Positions 33,695 through 45,200 of a stretch of DNA of 64,000 nt are shown piece by piece. Under the pieces are notes generated by a model, which was given only the letters and a program-made list of their open reading frames with translations, was not told the DNA's origin and searched no databases. Made by a program: the position numbers and the translations under genes. Source of the stretch: Bradymonadia bacterium. GTDB lineage: Bacteria; Myxococcota_A; Bradymonadia; UBA7976; UBA1532. The stretch's first letter is position 1; every line of letters starts with the position of its first letter. The stretch lies in NCBI GenBank assembly GCA_046290225.1, contig JBKAGE010000038.1:224001-288000 (forward strand), written 5' to 3'.

Positions 33695-35032
33695 CTATAA
33701 GTCGACCCGCGTCCAGCCATCTCCCCGCCAGAGGGTGGCAAAGACGCCGGCCTGTATCAGCCGGTACCCGAGCTGTACCGCCCAGATGGCCAACAGCCCC
33801 CACTGCAAGGTCGGGCCCACCAGATAGACCATGGGCAAGGCCAGCCCCCACTGCAATCCGATCGACCAGATCATGACCCGACGGCTGTCTCCCGCACCGA
33901 GCAGCGCGTTCTGAAACACCATGCCCATGGCGTCGAGGCCGATGGTGAGCCCCATCAAGCGCAGAGGCCATGCTGCGAGCACCTGAAGGTGGGGCTCTTT
34001 CAAGAACGCCGACAAGATCAGCTCGGGCATGATGATGGCGGGCAAGGCGATGAGCGACACCGCGATGGCGGCGAGCTTGGCTACGTCCTGCCCCCACATC
34101 CGTGCCCCTGATGCATCTTTCTGGCCGAGTGACTGGCCCACCAGCGAGGCCGCGGAGATGCCAAAGCCCAGCCCTGGCAGGATCGCCACCAACAGCAAAT
34201 CGGTGAGCACCTTGGTGGTGGCCAACTCGTCGATGCCCACCTTTTCTACCATCGTGTAGAAAGTGGTCATGCCCGCAGCGAAGAAGAATTGCTGCAGCCC
34301 TGCGGGCCCTGCAGTCCTCAAGATGGTGGCCAACGTGGCCCGGCTCGGCAGACCTCTGAGGAACCCACCCTCTCGGGCGTGCTGCCAGCCCAGATAGCAG
34401 TAGTACACCGTGCCGAGGAACAGCGAGGCCGAGGTGCCGATGCCTGCGCCTGCGACCCCCATAGCCGGCAAGCCCAGATGACCGAAGATGAGCACATAGC
34501 TGATGATGATGTTGGCGATGTGCATGTAGATGAGGGTGCGCATGTAGAGCCGCGACAAGTCGACGGCGTTCCAATACCCTCGGAAGGCGAAGTTGGCCCC
34601 CACGGCCACCATGGCCACCACACGGGCTCTGAAATACACCACGGCGTCGCCGATGAGCGCCTGATCGTCCGCGAGCAGATCGAACAGCTCGGGGGCCAGG
34701 GCATAAGCGACAATGCTGGCAGGCACGGCGATGATGCCCACGAGCACGAGGCCACCGTTGAGCGGGATGGCGGTCTCGTCGTGGCGCCCCTCCCCTTTTC
34801 GCCGTGCGGACATGGCCTGCACGCCCACCGACATCCCAGTGATGAACGCCACGCACATGAAGTTGGCGAAGCTTGCCAGCCCCACAGCAGCGAGGGCGGT
34901 CTTGCCGAGGGTGCCCACCATGGCGGCGTCCACCAGGTTGAGCACGTTCTGGGAGAACATGCCTCCGATGATGGGCAGGGCGAGGGTGAGAATGCGTCGA
35001 CGACGCTCGGCGGTCAGCATGGGGCGCACCAT
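33695..35032 (-). CDS. MATE family efflux transporter
   Basis: ILTLALPII...[13 protein letters not shown], two-fold TM repeat, ALLGAGDSR. Confidence 0.94.
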   Translation of the reverse strand: MVRPMLTAERRRRILTLALPIIGGMFSQNVLNLVDAAMVGTLGKTALAAVGLASFANFMCVAFITGMSVGVQAMSARRKGEGRHDETAIPLNGGLVLVGIIAVPASIVAYALAPELFDLLADDQALIGDAVVYFRARVVAMVAVGANFAFRGYWNAVDLSRLYMRTLIYMHIANIIISYVLIFGHLGLPAMGVAGAGIGTSASLFLGTVYYCYLGWQHAREGGFLRGLPSRATLATILRTAGPAGLQQFFFAAGMTTFYTMVEKVGIDELATTKVLTDLLLVAILPGLGFGISAASLVGQSLGQKDASGARMWGQDVAKLAAIAVSLIALPAIIMPELILSAFLKEPHLQVLAAWPLRLMGLTIGLDAMGMVFQNALLGAGDSRRVMIWSIGLQWGLALPMVYLVGPTLQWGLLAIWAVQLGYRLIQAGVFATLWRGDGWTRVDL

Positions 35033-35075
35033 ATCAGCAATGGGCCCCCTCTGCCTGTTGTTCACACTCCGCCGT

Positions 35076-35960
35076 TCAACACCGCCGGATGGCCACCAAT
35101 GCGTCTTTTCGCACCTTGGCGCAGGTGGCGGGGGTGAGCGTGAGCGGGATGGCGTCTTCGATTTCAGCAGGGCAGCCTTCGGCGCCCTGTGATGCCGCTG
35201 GAGATGGTGCGGGTGCAGAAAGAGCCTCAAGCCAGGGCTTTTCGTCGATGAGGCGCTCGAGATCATCCACCCCGAAACGAGGGCTTCGGACCCGCATCAG
35301 TTCGAAGACCATGCGCTGAAACGTCAGCTGATCGGCCTCGCTCGCGGCCCACATCAGATGTGCGAGGGAGCGAGATCGGATCAACGGCCCTGGCGTGAGG
35401 CCGCTGGCCTTCGCATCGAGCATGTGCATCAAGGTCGACCCCTGAGCAGGAGGCGCATCGGCGTTCTGCCATGCCTCCACCACCGCCTCGAGCAAGGTCA
35501 CGGGACACACTTCGGCCACGAACCCCTGAGGCCAGCCACCCTCGGGTCCTGTGAAGGCCCAATCTACGTCGCCCTCGGCGAAACGGGCCACCACCTGGTC
35601 CACGGTGTCACCATCCATGAGGGGACAGCCACCAGGAATGCGCACCACTGTCGTGGCACTCACAGCCCGTGCCGCATCCAGAAGCCGCTCGAGAGACGAG
35701 GACGCGTTGCTCCGATGGCACGAGACCCCGGCAACGGCACACCAGTCGGCGATGCCGTCGTCGTAGAGCTGATCTGAAGTCGAGACCCATACCGCCCTGA
35801 TCCGCCGTGCTCGACGCACCCTTTCGACAGTATGAGCCAGCAGGGTGCGCTCGGCGATGCGACTCAGCGTGTTCTGGCTGGCGCCAGTGCTGTCCAGGCT
35901 GACACTGATGAAGGCAACAGGCCGTTGCCGACTGTCGAAGCTCCGATATGACACATCCAT
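35076..35960 (-). CDS. SpsF/FlmC-like cytidylyltransferase family protein with degenerate motifs
   Basis: [22 protein letters not shown]...DDGI and [12 protein letters not shown] match the family, but the canonical QARMGSTRLPGK and RxTxDCP motifs are altered. Confidence 0.7.
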   Translation of the reverse strand: MDVSYRSFDSRQRPVAFISVSLDSTGASQNTLSRIAERTLLAHTVERVRRARRIRAVWVSTSDQLYDDGIADWCAVAGVSCHRSNASSSLERLLDAARAVSATTVVRIPGGCPLMDGDTVDQVVARFAEGDVDWAFTGPEGGWPQGFVAEVCPVTLLEAVVEAWQNADAPPAQGSTLMHMLDAKASGLTPGPLIRSRSLAHLMWAASEADQLTFQRMVFELMRVRSPRFGVDDLERLIDEKPWLEALSAPAPSPAASQGAEGCPAEIEDAIPLTLTPATCAKVRKDALVAIRRC

Positions 35961-36090
35961 CTCCTCAGTCTCTTGAGAGTCGTCATATCAGTGGTGTTGT
36001 CTTGAGGTTTGCACGATGAGACCGGCTGAGCACGTGTGACCATTCAACAGATGTTTCACGCTGACCCAACCTTCATCCCTCGACCGGGCG

Positions 36091-36100
36091 GTGCCGATGA
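36091..36100 (+). promoter_or_regulatory. candidate sigma28 (FliA/WhiG)-type -10 element
   Basis: GTGCCGATGA lies 30 bp upstream of the PilZ gene, and the identical 10-mer precedes the YjfB-like gene. The -35 element is not clear. Confidence 0.45.
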
Positions 36101-36130
36101 TTTGATCAAGACGGACAAGTGGCCAGCTGT

Positions 36131-37360
36131 ATGCTCGACGAAACCCTCGCATCGCACGCTCAAGATCTGGAGGCCGACGCCCTCCACGGTCGAAGGAGCT
36201 CGGAGGATGATGGTTTCGAGCGACGCGAGGGCATGACCATCAGCGATCCGATGGCCATGGCCCGCCACCTTGCGGGCCTGCCCAAGCCCCTCCCAATTCG
36301 CATTCTGAGAGAGCCGGACTGGCAGGCGATCCGCGGCCTGGTCCGCATCGACCGCCGCGTCGATCTCTCTGTTCTGCTCAAGCGTTTGCGCTATGCAGTG
36401 AACGAAGGCGCTGTGGACGAGAGCTGGGTGGGCACTTCGGTGATCATCTCCTACAACGCGCAGGGCAAGCCCTGGTCATATCGCTCGGTGGTCAGGAGCC
36501 TTCAGAGAGGGGGCTTCGTTGCAGACGCCCCCATCGAGCTTCGACAAGGGCAGCTCGCTCTCCCGGGCAACTCCTGGTTGTCACTGCCTGGAGACGAGCT
36601 CGCGGATCCACGGTTTACCCGCCTGCCCATCAAAACGGTGCACGATCTGCCCACGCGTATGGCCTTCATGAGCATGATCGGCGGTGACCTGCAACTCCGC
36701 AGTGGCCGCTGCTCGGAGATCAACCACCCCAAACGTGTGGGAGAGATCATCGAGCGCCTCATCATGAGCCCCTCGATGCTCCTGACAACTTCAGGGGATC
36801 ACGGGGCCTGTGAAGCTGTCCTGGAAGCCACTCAACCTGGGGTACCGGTGCTGATGTTGCGGTGCAACCACCGCGGCATGCTCCCGGTGCGCCGAGGTCG
36901 GGTGGTCTTCCTCACCGGCATGCTCGGTCGCGAGCAGTTCACCTTAAAGACTGTGGTGCTCAAGGTCGATGGGGAACGCCTCGCGCTCCGACGGCCCAAA
37001 GAGGTCTTCCGACTCCAACGGCGGAAGAAGGTGCGCTACGAGCTGCGCCACCAGTCTTTTACCGTCTCGCTCTGGGACGGGATGAACATGAACGCCGTCG
37101 AAGGTGTGGTGGACCTCTCCGAAGAAGGGATCGGGGTGCTCATCAACCCCGACTCCACCACCCGCGTCGGTGACGTCTACAAGCTGGTGCTCTCCATGGG
37201 CAAGAAGCAGACGATGGGCGTCACCGGCATCTGCGTCTCGTGCGGAGAGTCGGGCTGGCATTACCGTCGATGCGGCTTCGAATTCGTCGACATCGACGAC
37301 CGCTCGCGTCGTGTGATCCAGCACTGGCTCGACAAATTCGGCCGCCCTGTCGGGCGATAG
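36131..37360 (+). CDS. PilZ-domain c-di-GMP-binding protein (YcgR flagellar brake-like C-terminus)
   Basis: PKEVFRLQRRKKVR (RxxxR), DLSEEG (DxSxxG), CGFEF. Confidence 0.85.
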   Translation: MLDETLASHAQDLEADALHGRRSSEDDGFERREGMTISDPMAMARHLAGLPKPLPIRILREPDWQAIRGLVRIDRRVDLSVLLKRLRYAVNEGAVDESWVGTSVIISYNAQGKPWSYRSVVRSLQRGGFVADAPIELRQGQLALPGNSWLSLPGDELADPRFTRLPIKTVHDLPTRMAFMSMIGGDLQLRSGRCSEINHPKRVGEIIERLIMSPSMLLTTSGDHGACEAVLEATQPGVPVLMLRCNHRGMLPVRRGRVVFLTGMLGREQFTLKTVVLKVDGERLALRRPKEVFRLQRRKKVRYELRHQSFTVSLWDGMNMNAVEGVVDLSEEGIGVLINPDSTTRVGDVYKLVLSMGKKQTMGVTGICVSCGESGWHYRRCGFEFVDIDDRSRRVIQHWLDKFGRPVGR

Positions 37361-37452
37361 TCGAACTCACCAGAGCAGGCGTTCAACACTTCCCCACGCC
37401 CATGCTTTCAACGACGTGTACCTGATCTACAGTGTGATTTGAGCGGATGGAT

Positions 37453-37902
37453 CTAGGTGTGAACGCCTGCCTCGACGATGAGGCTGCCCGCTTCGCCATC
37501 GAAGGGCACACAGATCCGTCGGGCGGTCTGTCGCAGTGAAGGCACGGTGATGTCCCACCCCACGACCCCTCGGGGCATCTCGACGTCCACGGTGCCGGGG
37601 TCGAGGTGCTCGACGGCCTTTTTGGCAATGCTCTGTGCCAACTCGGCGAGGGCAGCGAGACGCTCACCCGGCGCGGCGTCGCTGTTGCCCACGAGGGCGT
37701 CGGCCATCATCGCCGGAGTACTCACCATGAATTCCAGAGGACGAGCACCCTCCTGCTTCAGGGTGACGAGCACGTTGTACTCGTAAGGGGTGAGGGCCGC
37801 TTCTCGAGAGAAGGGTCGCCCGGGCCTGCTGCCGGACTCCATGCGCTCAGCGAGGATCGCCCCCGTGCTCGACAGCAGCTTGTTGATCAGGTGAGCATCC
37901 AT
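37453..37902 (-). CDS. CheX-like chemotaxis protein
   Basis: MDAHLINKLLSST, ALAELAQSIA (ExxN changed to ExxQ), MPRGVVG, VPF...GSLIVE; TGATG coupling to the upstream gene. Confidence 0.55.
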   Translation of the reverse strand: MDAHLINKLLSSTGAILAERMESGSRPGRPFSREAALTPYEYNVLVTLKQEGARPLEFMVSTPAMMADALVGNSDAAPGERLAALAELAQSIAKKAVEHLDPGTVDVEMPRGVVGWDITVPSLRQTARRICVPFDGEAGSLIVEAGVHT

Positions 37903-38123
37903 CAGGCCACCACGTTGAGCTTGCCACCTACACCCGTGGCCAGCGTCTTGGCCAGCAGATCCATGGCTGCCCTGGGCTCGGCCTCGTTGGCTTGCTTGAA
38001 GATTTTGAGCGCCGCAGCCTGCTGGGCTTGCGAAGTCGCCTGGCCACTCTCGTCGGTGGGTGCCGCGAGATCCGGGGGGGGCAATGGTTGAGCCTGACCG
38101 GCGCCGCCAATGACCATGTGCAT
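37902..38123 (-). CDS. YjfB-like small motility-associated protein
   Basis: RBS AGGAGGT; AALKIFKQA...AMDLL...GVGGKLNVVA C-terminus. Confidence 0.6.
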   Translation of the reverse strand: MHMVIGGAGQAQPLPPPDLAAPTDESGQATSQAQQAAALKIFKQANEAEPRAAMDLLAKTLATGVGGKLNVVA

Positions 38124-38150
38124 ACCTCCTGTGACAGGTCCACCCCATGT

Positions 38151-38160
38151 TCATCGGCAC
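38151..38160 (-). promoter_or_regulatory. candidate sigma28-type -10 element
   Basis: GTGCCGATGA on the minus strand, 27 bp upstream of the YjfB-like ATG. Confidence 0.45.
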
Positions 38161-38242
38161 GATGCCTCTTCAGCCCAACTGGGCGGGTCAGGGCGATCAC
38201 CCTGTGATAGACTCCGCCGTCGCTTCAGTCCGCCGAGTTGTG

Positions 38243-39268
38243 ATGTCGCTTTATAGATGTCGATGGCACGTCATGTGGCTTCCCCTGGCCCTCATGCTCA
38301 CGGTGCTCAGCCCGTCGGCGCAGGGCCGCACGACATCTGATGATGCAACGCGAGGCCCCCGTGTGCCCATCGGCCCCACCCTCCCCCTCTGCCCAATGAG
38401 CACCGGAGGCCTCGATCTGCAGATGGGCCGTGAAGATGTACCTGATGCAGGGGAAGAGCTGGCCCCTCTGAGCGAAGAGGCCCGCACAGCTCTGAGGCAG
38501 AGCCTGCGAGCGGCCTTCGAGGGGGCGTGGCCCCAGGCAATGCAGGCGGCCCTTCGCTCAGAGCACCGCCTGTGCCGTGGCCTCGACGTGGTCATGTGGC
38601 GACCGGTGCACGCTCGACGAGGAGGTGTGCGCCTGCTCTGGCGCCCCAAGGCTCGACAGGCATTGATGCTGCAGGTCCCCCACCCGTTCTTCGATCGAGG
38701 CACCCTGCCCCAGGGCGTCGAAATCTTCGAGCAGCTCGGCGCCCGCCTCCTGCTCATCAGCGGACACCACCGATGTGCTGACAGCACCCCCTCGCGGTGT
38801 GATGGGCTGACGCACGTCTGCAGTGAAGATGCTCAGCCCTATGCGCGATCTGACGTGGCACACAACCCCAACAGCCTCTTCCATCTGCTCCACGAGGAGG
38901 CGCAACAGCATTGGCCCGACGATGTGGTGATCAGTCTGCACGGGATGGGGGGTGCAGGCTTCAGTGTCTCTGATGGCACCCGAGGGCCAGTCTCAGAGGA
39001 CAGCCTCGTGGCTCGCTTGGTGCGGGCCCTGCTTCGTCACGCACCCGATCTCCAAACCACGACGTGCAACCCGTTCCCCCTGAGCCCGCTCGTGCCCCGG
39101 CTCTGTGGCACCACCAACGTACAGGGCCGGGCCATGAACGGCTCGCCCAACCCCTGTACCGCTGCAGCCCAGGTGGCCTCTGGATATTTTCTGCATGTGG
39201 AGCAGGGCCGAAAAGCCCGGGCCCAGCCGGAGCTTCTGCTCGAGGCCCTGAGACAGGTGCTTCGATAG
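38243..39268 (+). CDS. secreted protein, possible zinc-dependent hydrolase
   Basis: Signal peptide; QVPHPFFD, SDVAH, ISLHG and FLHVEQ motifs. Start uncertain (38243 or 38273). Confidence 0.6.
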   Translation: MSLYRCRWHVMWLPLALMLTVLSPSAQGRTTSDDATRGPRVPIGPTLPLCPMSTGGLDLQMGREDVPDAGEELAPLSEEARTALRQSLRAAFEGAWPQAMQAALRSEHRLCRGLDVVMWRPVHARRGGVRLLWRPKARQALMLQVPHPFFDRGTLPQGVEIFEQLGARLLLISGHHRCADSTPSRCDGLTHVCSEDAQPYARSDVAHNPNSLFHLLHEEAQQHWPDDVVISLHGMGGAGFSVSDGTRGPVSEDSLVARLVRALLRHAPDLQTTTCNPFPLSPLVPRLCGTTNVQGRAMNGSPNPCTAAAQVASGYFLHVEQGRKARAQPELLLEALRQVLR

Positions 39269-39275
39269 AGCCCCT

Positions 39276-42200
39276 TTACTGAGTCTCGCGCACCAGGATC
39301 ATCCACTGACCTGTGGCGAGGTTCGACGTGCCACACACCCGAGCGGCGTTGTACTCGCCCCAGTCGGTACCGTCGCTGCGGTTGCCCCGGCTGCCACCGT
39401 CGTTGAAGTCGATGATGAAGTCACCGCCATCGGCGCAGCTGTCTTCGGCCACCAGCTGCCCCTGGCCCCAGTTCACCCCAGCGTCGATCTCCATCCCTGT
39501 GAGGTTGTTGCGCCGTGCGGGGGGCGGCCCCACAGGCTCGTCGGGGGTGAAGAAGCAGCTGTCGGCGTCGATGCCGCTGACGATCTCGGCGTACCAACCA
39601 TTGTCGTAGAAGCTCAGGTCGACGGTCATCGGATCAAAGGAGCTGCCCGCCCGATGATCTCGACAGGCGAAGCGGATGTCGAAGCGATCGCCAAGGGCCA
39701 GCATGCCACCCCAGACGCCTGTGCTGAGGCCACGGGGTGCCAGCGAGCTCAGGTAGTCACCACCATCGATGACCCGATCGTCCATCGTACCGCTCCCCCG
39801 ACCGTTCGAGGGCACCGCGCTCGAGGCCACAGTGGTCCAACCACCACCATCGGTGTTCTGATCACACCACACCTCGAATCCACGTGACCCGGGATCGGGC
39901 TGGATGATCTGGATGCCACTGTTGACCTCGCCGGCCTGACGTGCGGCGAGACAGCTCGGGTAGACCACACAGTTCTCCACACCTTCGTCGCTGATGCCGT
40001 CACAGTCGTCATCGAAGGCGTTGCACACCTCCTGACCTGGCGGCTCGGGCGTCGCGTCGCAGACCGCCTCTCCTGTCTGGAGATCACACTCGATCTCGCC
40101 TTCGGCCTGGCACGCGCCGACGCCGACAATACAGTCGCTCTCGAGGGCGAAGTCTTCATCGGTGCTGCCATCACAGTCGTCGTCGATGCCGTTGCACAGC
40201 TCATCTTCTGGTGGAGCAGCCTCGGCGCTGCAGGTGGCAGCGCCATCAAGACCGCAAATCACCTGACCGGGGGCGGCGCACCCGCCGATGCCGCTCACAC
40301 ATGCGGTGCCGAGGTCGAAGCCTTCGTCTACAGTGCCGTCGCAGTCGTCGTCGAAGGTGTTGCAGGCCTCGATCTCCGGGGGCAGCGGATCGGCACCACA
40401 CACCGCCACACCCACGGCGCCGTCAGTGGCCGTGCCGCTGCGATGGAAGATGAACCGCTCCCAGATGCCGCTGGCGTTGACGATCTCCTCACCACATCGG
40501 AAGCCCGGACGAACCTTGTCGTCGCTGGTGTACCAGCACACCCGCTGGTTGCTCGCCACGTTCTCCACCCGATCACAGGTGAAGACGTCGATCTCCACCC
40601 CGGCAGGGGCGAAGCCCCAGGCGTAGTCGATGTTGAAGTACCAGTTCACCCCGTTGTGCTCGTTCTCCGGCCGGCGCTCGGCGAACTCCGTGGGCTCCAG
40701 GATCTCCGCCCTGTCACCCATGGCCGCCACCGAGAGCGCCTCGGAGCCGATGCGACGACAGCCCATGAGCAAGACGTCTTCGTCGCACCGACCCAGGATG
40801 GGGGGGTTCCCCGTGACAGGATCAGCATTGTTGATGGTGGTCTGCCCTTCTTCGTAGACCTCGAGCCAGCACAGTTCGAAACCACCTGCCTCAGCCTCGG
40901 CCACGGTGAGATCGTTGCGCACCCCAGTGAAGGCGAGGGCTTCCTGCTCGGGGGTGCCGCTGCACACGTTGACGCCACCAGAGACGCAAATGCCGACGCC
41001 CACCTGACAGGCCTGGCCGATCGTGTCGAAGCCCTCGTCGATGTTGCCGTCGCAGTCGTCGTCGAAGTCGTTGCACGCTTCGGGCACGGGCACGCCACCC
41101 GGATCCGAGCACACGATCTCGCCTTGAGCGTTGCACACCGTAGCGCCGTCGAAGGCGCACCGCCCGATGCCGCCACTGCACGGGTCGCCGAGATCGAAGC
41201 CTTCGTCGGTGGTGCCGTCGCAGTCGTCGTCCACCCCATTGCACACCTCGGCTTGTGGATCTCCGGCCACTGCGTCGCACACCTGCTCGCCGTCGGGACC
41301 ACAGACTGTCGCCCCCTGCACCTCGCAGGCGCCGATGCCCACGCTGCAGGGCGCCCCGGCGATGGCGTCTTCGTCGATGTTGCCGTCGCAGTCGTCATCC
41401 TCACCGTCACAGGTCTCCACACCGGGCTCACCGGGGGTGGCATCGCAGAAGGACCGCTCGAAGATCTCGTCGCACTGCACCACCCCCTCCACGGCGCAGA
41501 TCCCAACGCCCGCGAAACAGGGCTGGCCCACATCCGTGGGGTTCTCGTCGGTGAAGCTGTCGCAGTCGTCGTCTTCCCCGTTGCACAACTCTGGCTGGGG
41601 CTGGCCGAGCTCGGCATCACAGACAACTCGATCCCCACCAGCGGAGCACGCGAAGGTGCCCTGAGCCAGACATGCACCGATGCCGCTCAAGCATGGCTGC
41701 CCGAGGTTGTTGAAGTTCTCGTCGGTGGCCCCATCGCAGTCATCGTCGAGGCCGTTGCACAGCTCCGCCACAGGTGAGGGCCCCTGGGCGCCGCCGCAGG
41801 TGGTGCCGATGCGCTCGACGTCGCAGACCAGCTGACCCTCCACAGCACAGAGTCCGAGGCCCCGAATACAGGCCGTGCCGAGGTCGAAGTCTTCGTCGAC
41901 GCTGCCATCGCAGTCGTTGTCAGCCTCGTCGCAGCGCTCGTTCCTCGGGGTGATCTCGTTCTGGCACTGGCCAAAGGCCCCACCCGCACAGGTGCGGTTG
42001 CCGGCGCGACACAAACCCTGGTCGAGAGTGCCCTCGGCGCCGGTGTAGCAGACTTCAGTGAGGGCACCTCCGTTGGGGCCCTCGTCGAAGCTGCCGTCAC
42101 AATCGTCGTCGAGGCCATTGCAGGTTTCATCCTGAGGCTCGCCGATGTCGGCGACGCACGCCACGCCGCCGTTGCCATTGCAGGCCAGGGTGCCTTCGTC

Positions 42201-45200
42201 CCGGCAAATGCCGAGACCGGCGAAGCACACATTGCCGACGCCGAAGCCTTCATCGATGCGGCCGTCACAGTCTTCATCGAGACCGTTGCACCGTTCGTTG
42301 GTGGGCAACACTTGACCATTGCACTGGCCCAGGCTGCCTTCGGCGCAGAGGGCCTCGCCCCCACGACACAGACCCACGCCCTCGGTGCCCGCGGGGCCTG
42401 TGTAGCACACCCCCACCAACGGCTGACCATTGCCACCTTCGTCGACATTGCCGTCACAGTCTTCATCAGCACCGTCACATGTCTCGCCTCGGGACTCGCC
42501 AGCGATGGCAGAGCACACCACTGCGCCACCCTCACCACACTGCAGCACGCCATCTGCGGCGCAGATGCCGAGGCCCTCGGTACAGGCGTCACCCAAGCCC
42601 AGGCCCTCGTCGGCCTGGCCGTCACAATCATCGTCGAGGCCGTTGCACGCCTCGTCCACCGACACACCCGGCGTCGCGTTGCAGCTCAGGCCGCCAGCGT
42701 CGGGGGCACAGACGACCTGCCCCCCGCGACGACACTGGCCGACACCGGTGCTGCAGTCTGCGCCGATGCCGTCGAGGTTCTCGTCGGCCTGACCGTCACA
42801 ATCATTGTCTTCGCCATCACACAGCTCGGCCTGGGGGGTGATCTGGGCCTCACAGGGGCCAAAACCGCCCTGGGGCTGACACACCTGAGTGCCTGCCTGA
42901 CAGAGGCCCACGCCCTCGGTGCCTTCGGGCCCTCCGTAACAGGCCCGACGCTCGCCCGGCTCGCAGTTGCAATCCACCCCGTCGTCGATCACGCCATTGC
43001 AGTCGTTGTCCACGCCATCGCAGATCTCCAACGAAGGCAGGACCTGCTCGATGCAGGCGCCCGGCACACCACCGGCGCATGCACGTACCCCGGGGGCGCA
43101 CTGGCCCACGCCCTCTGAGCCCTCAGGACCGTCGTAGCAAGGGGCCTGAGCCTCGTCGGTGGTGCCGTCGCAGTCGTTGTCCTCGCCATCACACACATCA
43201 TCCACGGGGCCCTGCTGACCCACGCACAGCCCAGGTGCACCTGCGACACATGCCTGTCGACCGTCGGCGCACAGGCCTACTCGGCGGGTACCTTCGGGGC
43301 CGTCGTAGCAAGCCACCTCCAACAGGGCTTCGTCCGCCTGACCATCACAGTCGTTGTCTTCGCCGTCACACAGCTCGGGGCTCGGCGCTGCAGGCACAGC
43401 GTCACACCGCAGGCCCTCGCCGTTGGGCTGGCACACCACCACCCCTTCGCGGCGACATTGCCCGATCCCGAGCTGGCAGGCGGCCCCTACCCCTTCGAAG
43501 CCTTCGTCGGTAACGCCGTCACAATCATCGTCGATGCCATTGCAGCGCTCCTGAATGGGCTCCCCGGGCTGAGCGGTACAAATCACGCCGCCCAGCTCAC
43601 TGCACAGGAACACCCCATCGGCGGCGCAGGCGCCGAGGCCCTCGGTGCAGGCGCTGCCGGGGCTGAAGTCCTCGTCGAAGCGGCCATCGCAGTCCTGGTC
43701 GAGACCATCACATGTCTCGTCGACGGGGATCACCTGCCCCTCACACACACCAAAGTCGCCATCGACACAGGCCTGGCTGCCTCCCTGACAGAGCCCCTGC
43801 CCCTCGGACCCCTCTGGGCCCTCGTAGCAAATGCGCCGGAGAGGCTGGCCGTTGCCCCCTTCGTCGGTGCGGCCGTCGCAGTCGTCGTCGATGCCATTGC
43901 ACGTCTCCAACCCGGGGAAGCCCGGTGAGACGTTGCAGCGCAGGTTGCCGTCGAGATCACACTGCGACATGCCGACGTTCTCGCACGCCCCCACGCCTAC
44001 GGTGCAGGCCCCGCCAATGTCGAAATCTTCGTCAGTGATGCCGTCGCAGTCGTCGTCCAGCTCGTTGCACAGTTCCATTTGAGGCGGCAGGGGCAGCGCG
44101 TCACAGCGTGTACCCTGACCGTTGGGATCACAGCTGATGAGCCCCTGGACTCTGCACTGCCCCACCCCCTGCTCACAGGCCTGCCCCAGTTCGGGGAAGC
44201 CTTCGTCAAGGCGGGTGTCGCAGTCGTTGTCCAGGCCATCGCACCGCTCGACGTCGGGCCTCTGCTCGCCGACGCACAGTCCGAAGATCCCTTCGTCGTC
44301 ACAAGTCTGCACGCCGCCACGACACACCCCGATGCCCTGGGTATCCTGAGGCCCCCCGTAGCAGGGCCGCTCTTCCCCGAGGGCACAACGGCACTGCACC
44401 CCTTCATCGATGTTGCCATCGCAGTCTTCATCGATGCCGGAGCACTGCTCTTCTCCAGGCGGCAGCGGGTTCCCTGCGCAGATGAGCGCCCCACGCATCT
44501 CATCGCAGGCGAGCTGGCCCATGGCCGTGCACTGGCCGAGGCCCACGACGCAGGCCTCTCCAATCTGCTCATAGCCTTCGTCGACGTTGCCGTCGCAGTC
44601 TTCGTCGCCCTCACCACACAGCTCGAGGCCAGGGATCACCTGCCCCTCACAGGCACCGTATGCACCCTCGGTGCACACCCGGCGGCCGCCTGCGCAGGTG
44701 CCGATCCCTTCGGACCCTTCAGGGCCCTCGTAGCAAGGCTCAGTCAGCGGGTTGCCGCCTTCACCCTCATCGGTGGTGCCATCGCAATCGTCGTCTTCGC
44801 CATTGCACAGCTCGACCGACGGCGCCCCTGCGGTGACGTTGCACTGCACGTCCTGACCATTGGGGCCACAGACCATGGAGCCTTCCTCAGCACACAGACC
44901 AAGGCCTTCGGTGCACGGGTTGCCCAGCTCGGGGAAGTCTTCGTCGGCCCGGCCGTCACAGTCATCGTCTTCGCCGTTGCACACGTCTTCGGGCCATTGG
45001 CATTCGCCCCATGTGCCGGCGTCGCAACTCTGCGTGCCGCCGCCACACGGATCATCCGGGCAATCGCGGACATCACCATCCCTGCACTCACCGGCAGCGC
45101 CGCCCATGCCGCCCGCTTCACCACCTGCACCACCAGGGGCACCACCCTCGGCGCCCGCTCCACCTTCACCGCCCGCACCAGCACCCCCATCGATCTCGAT

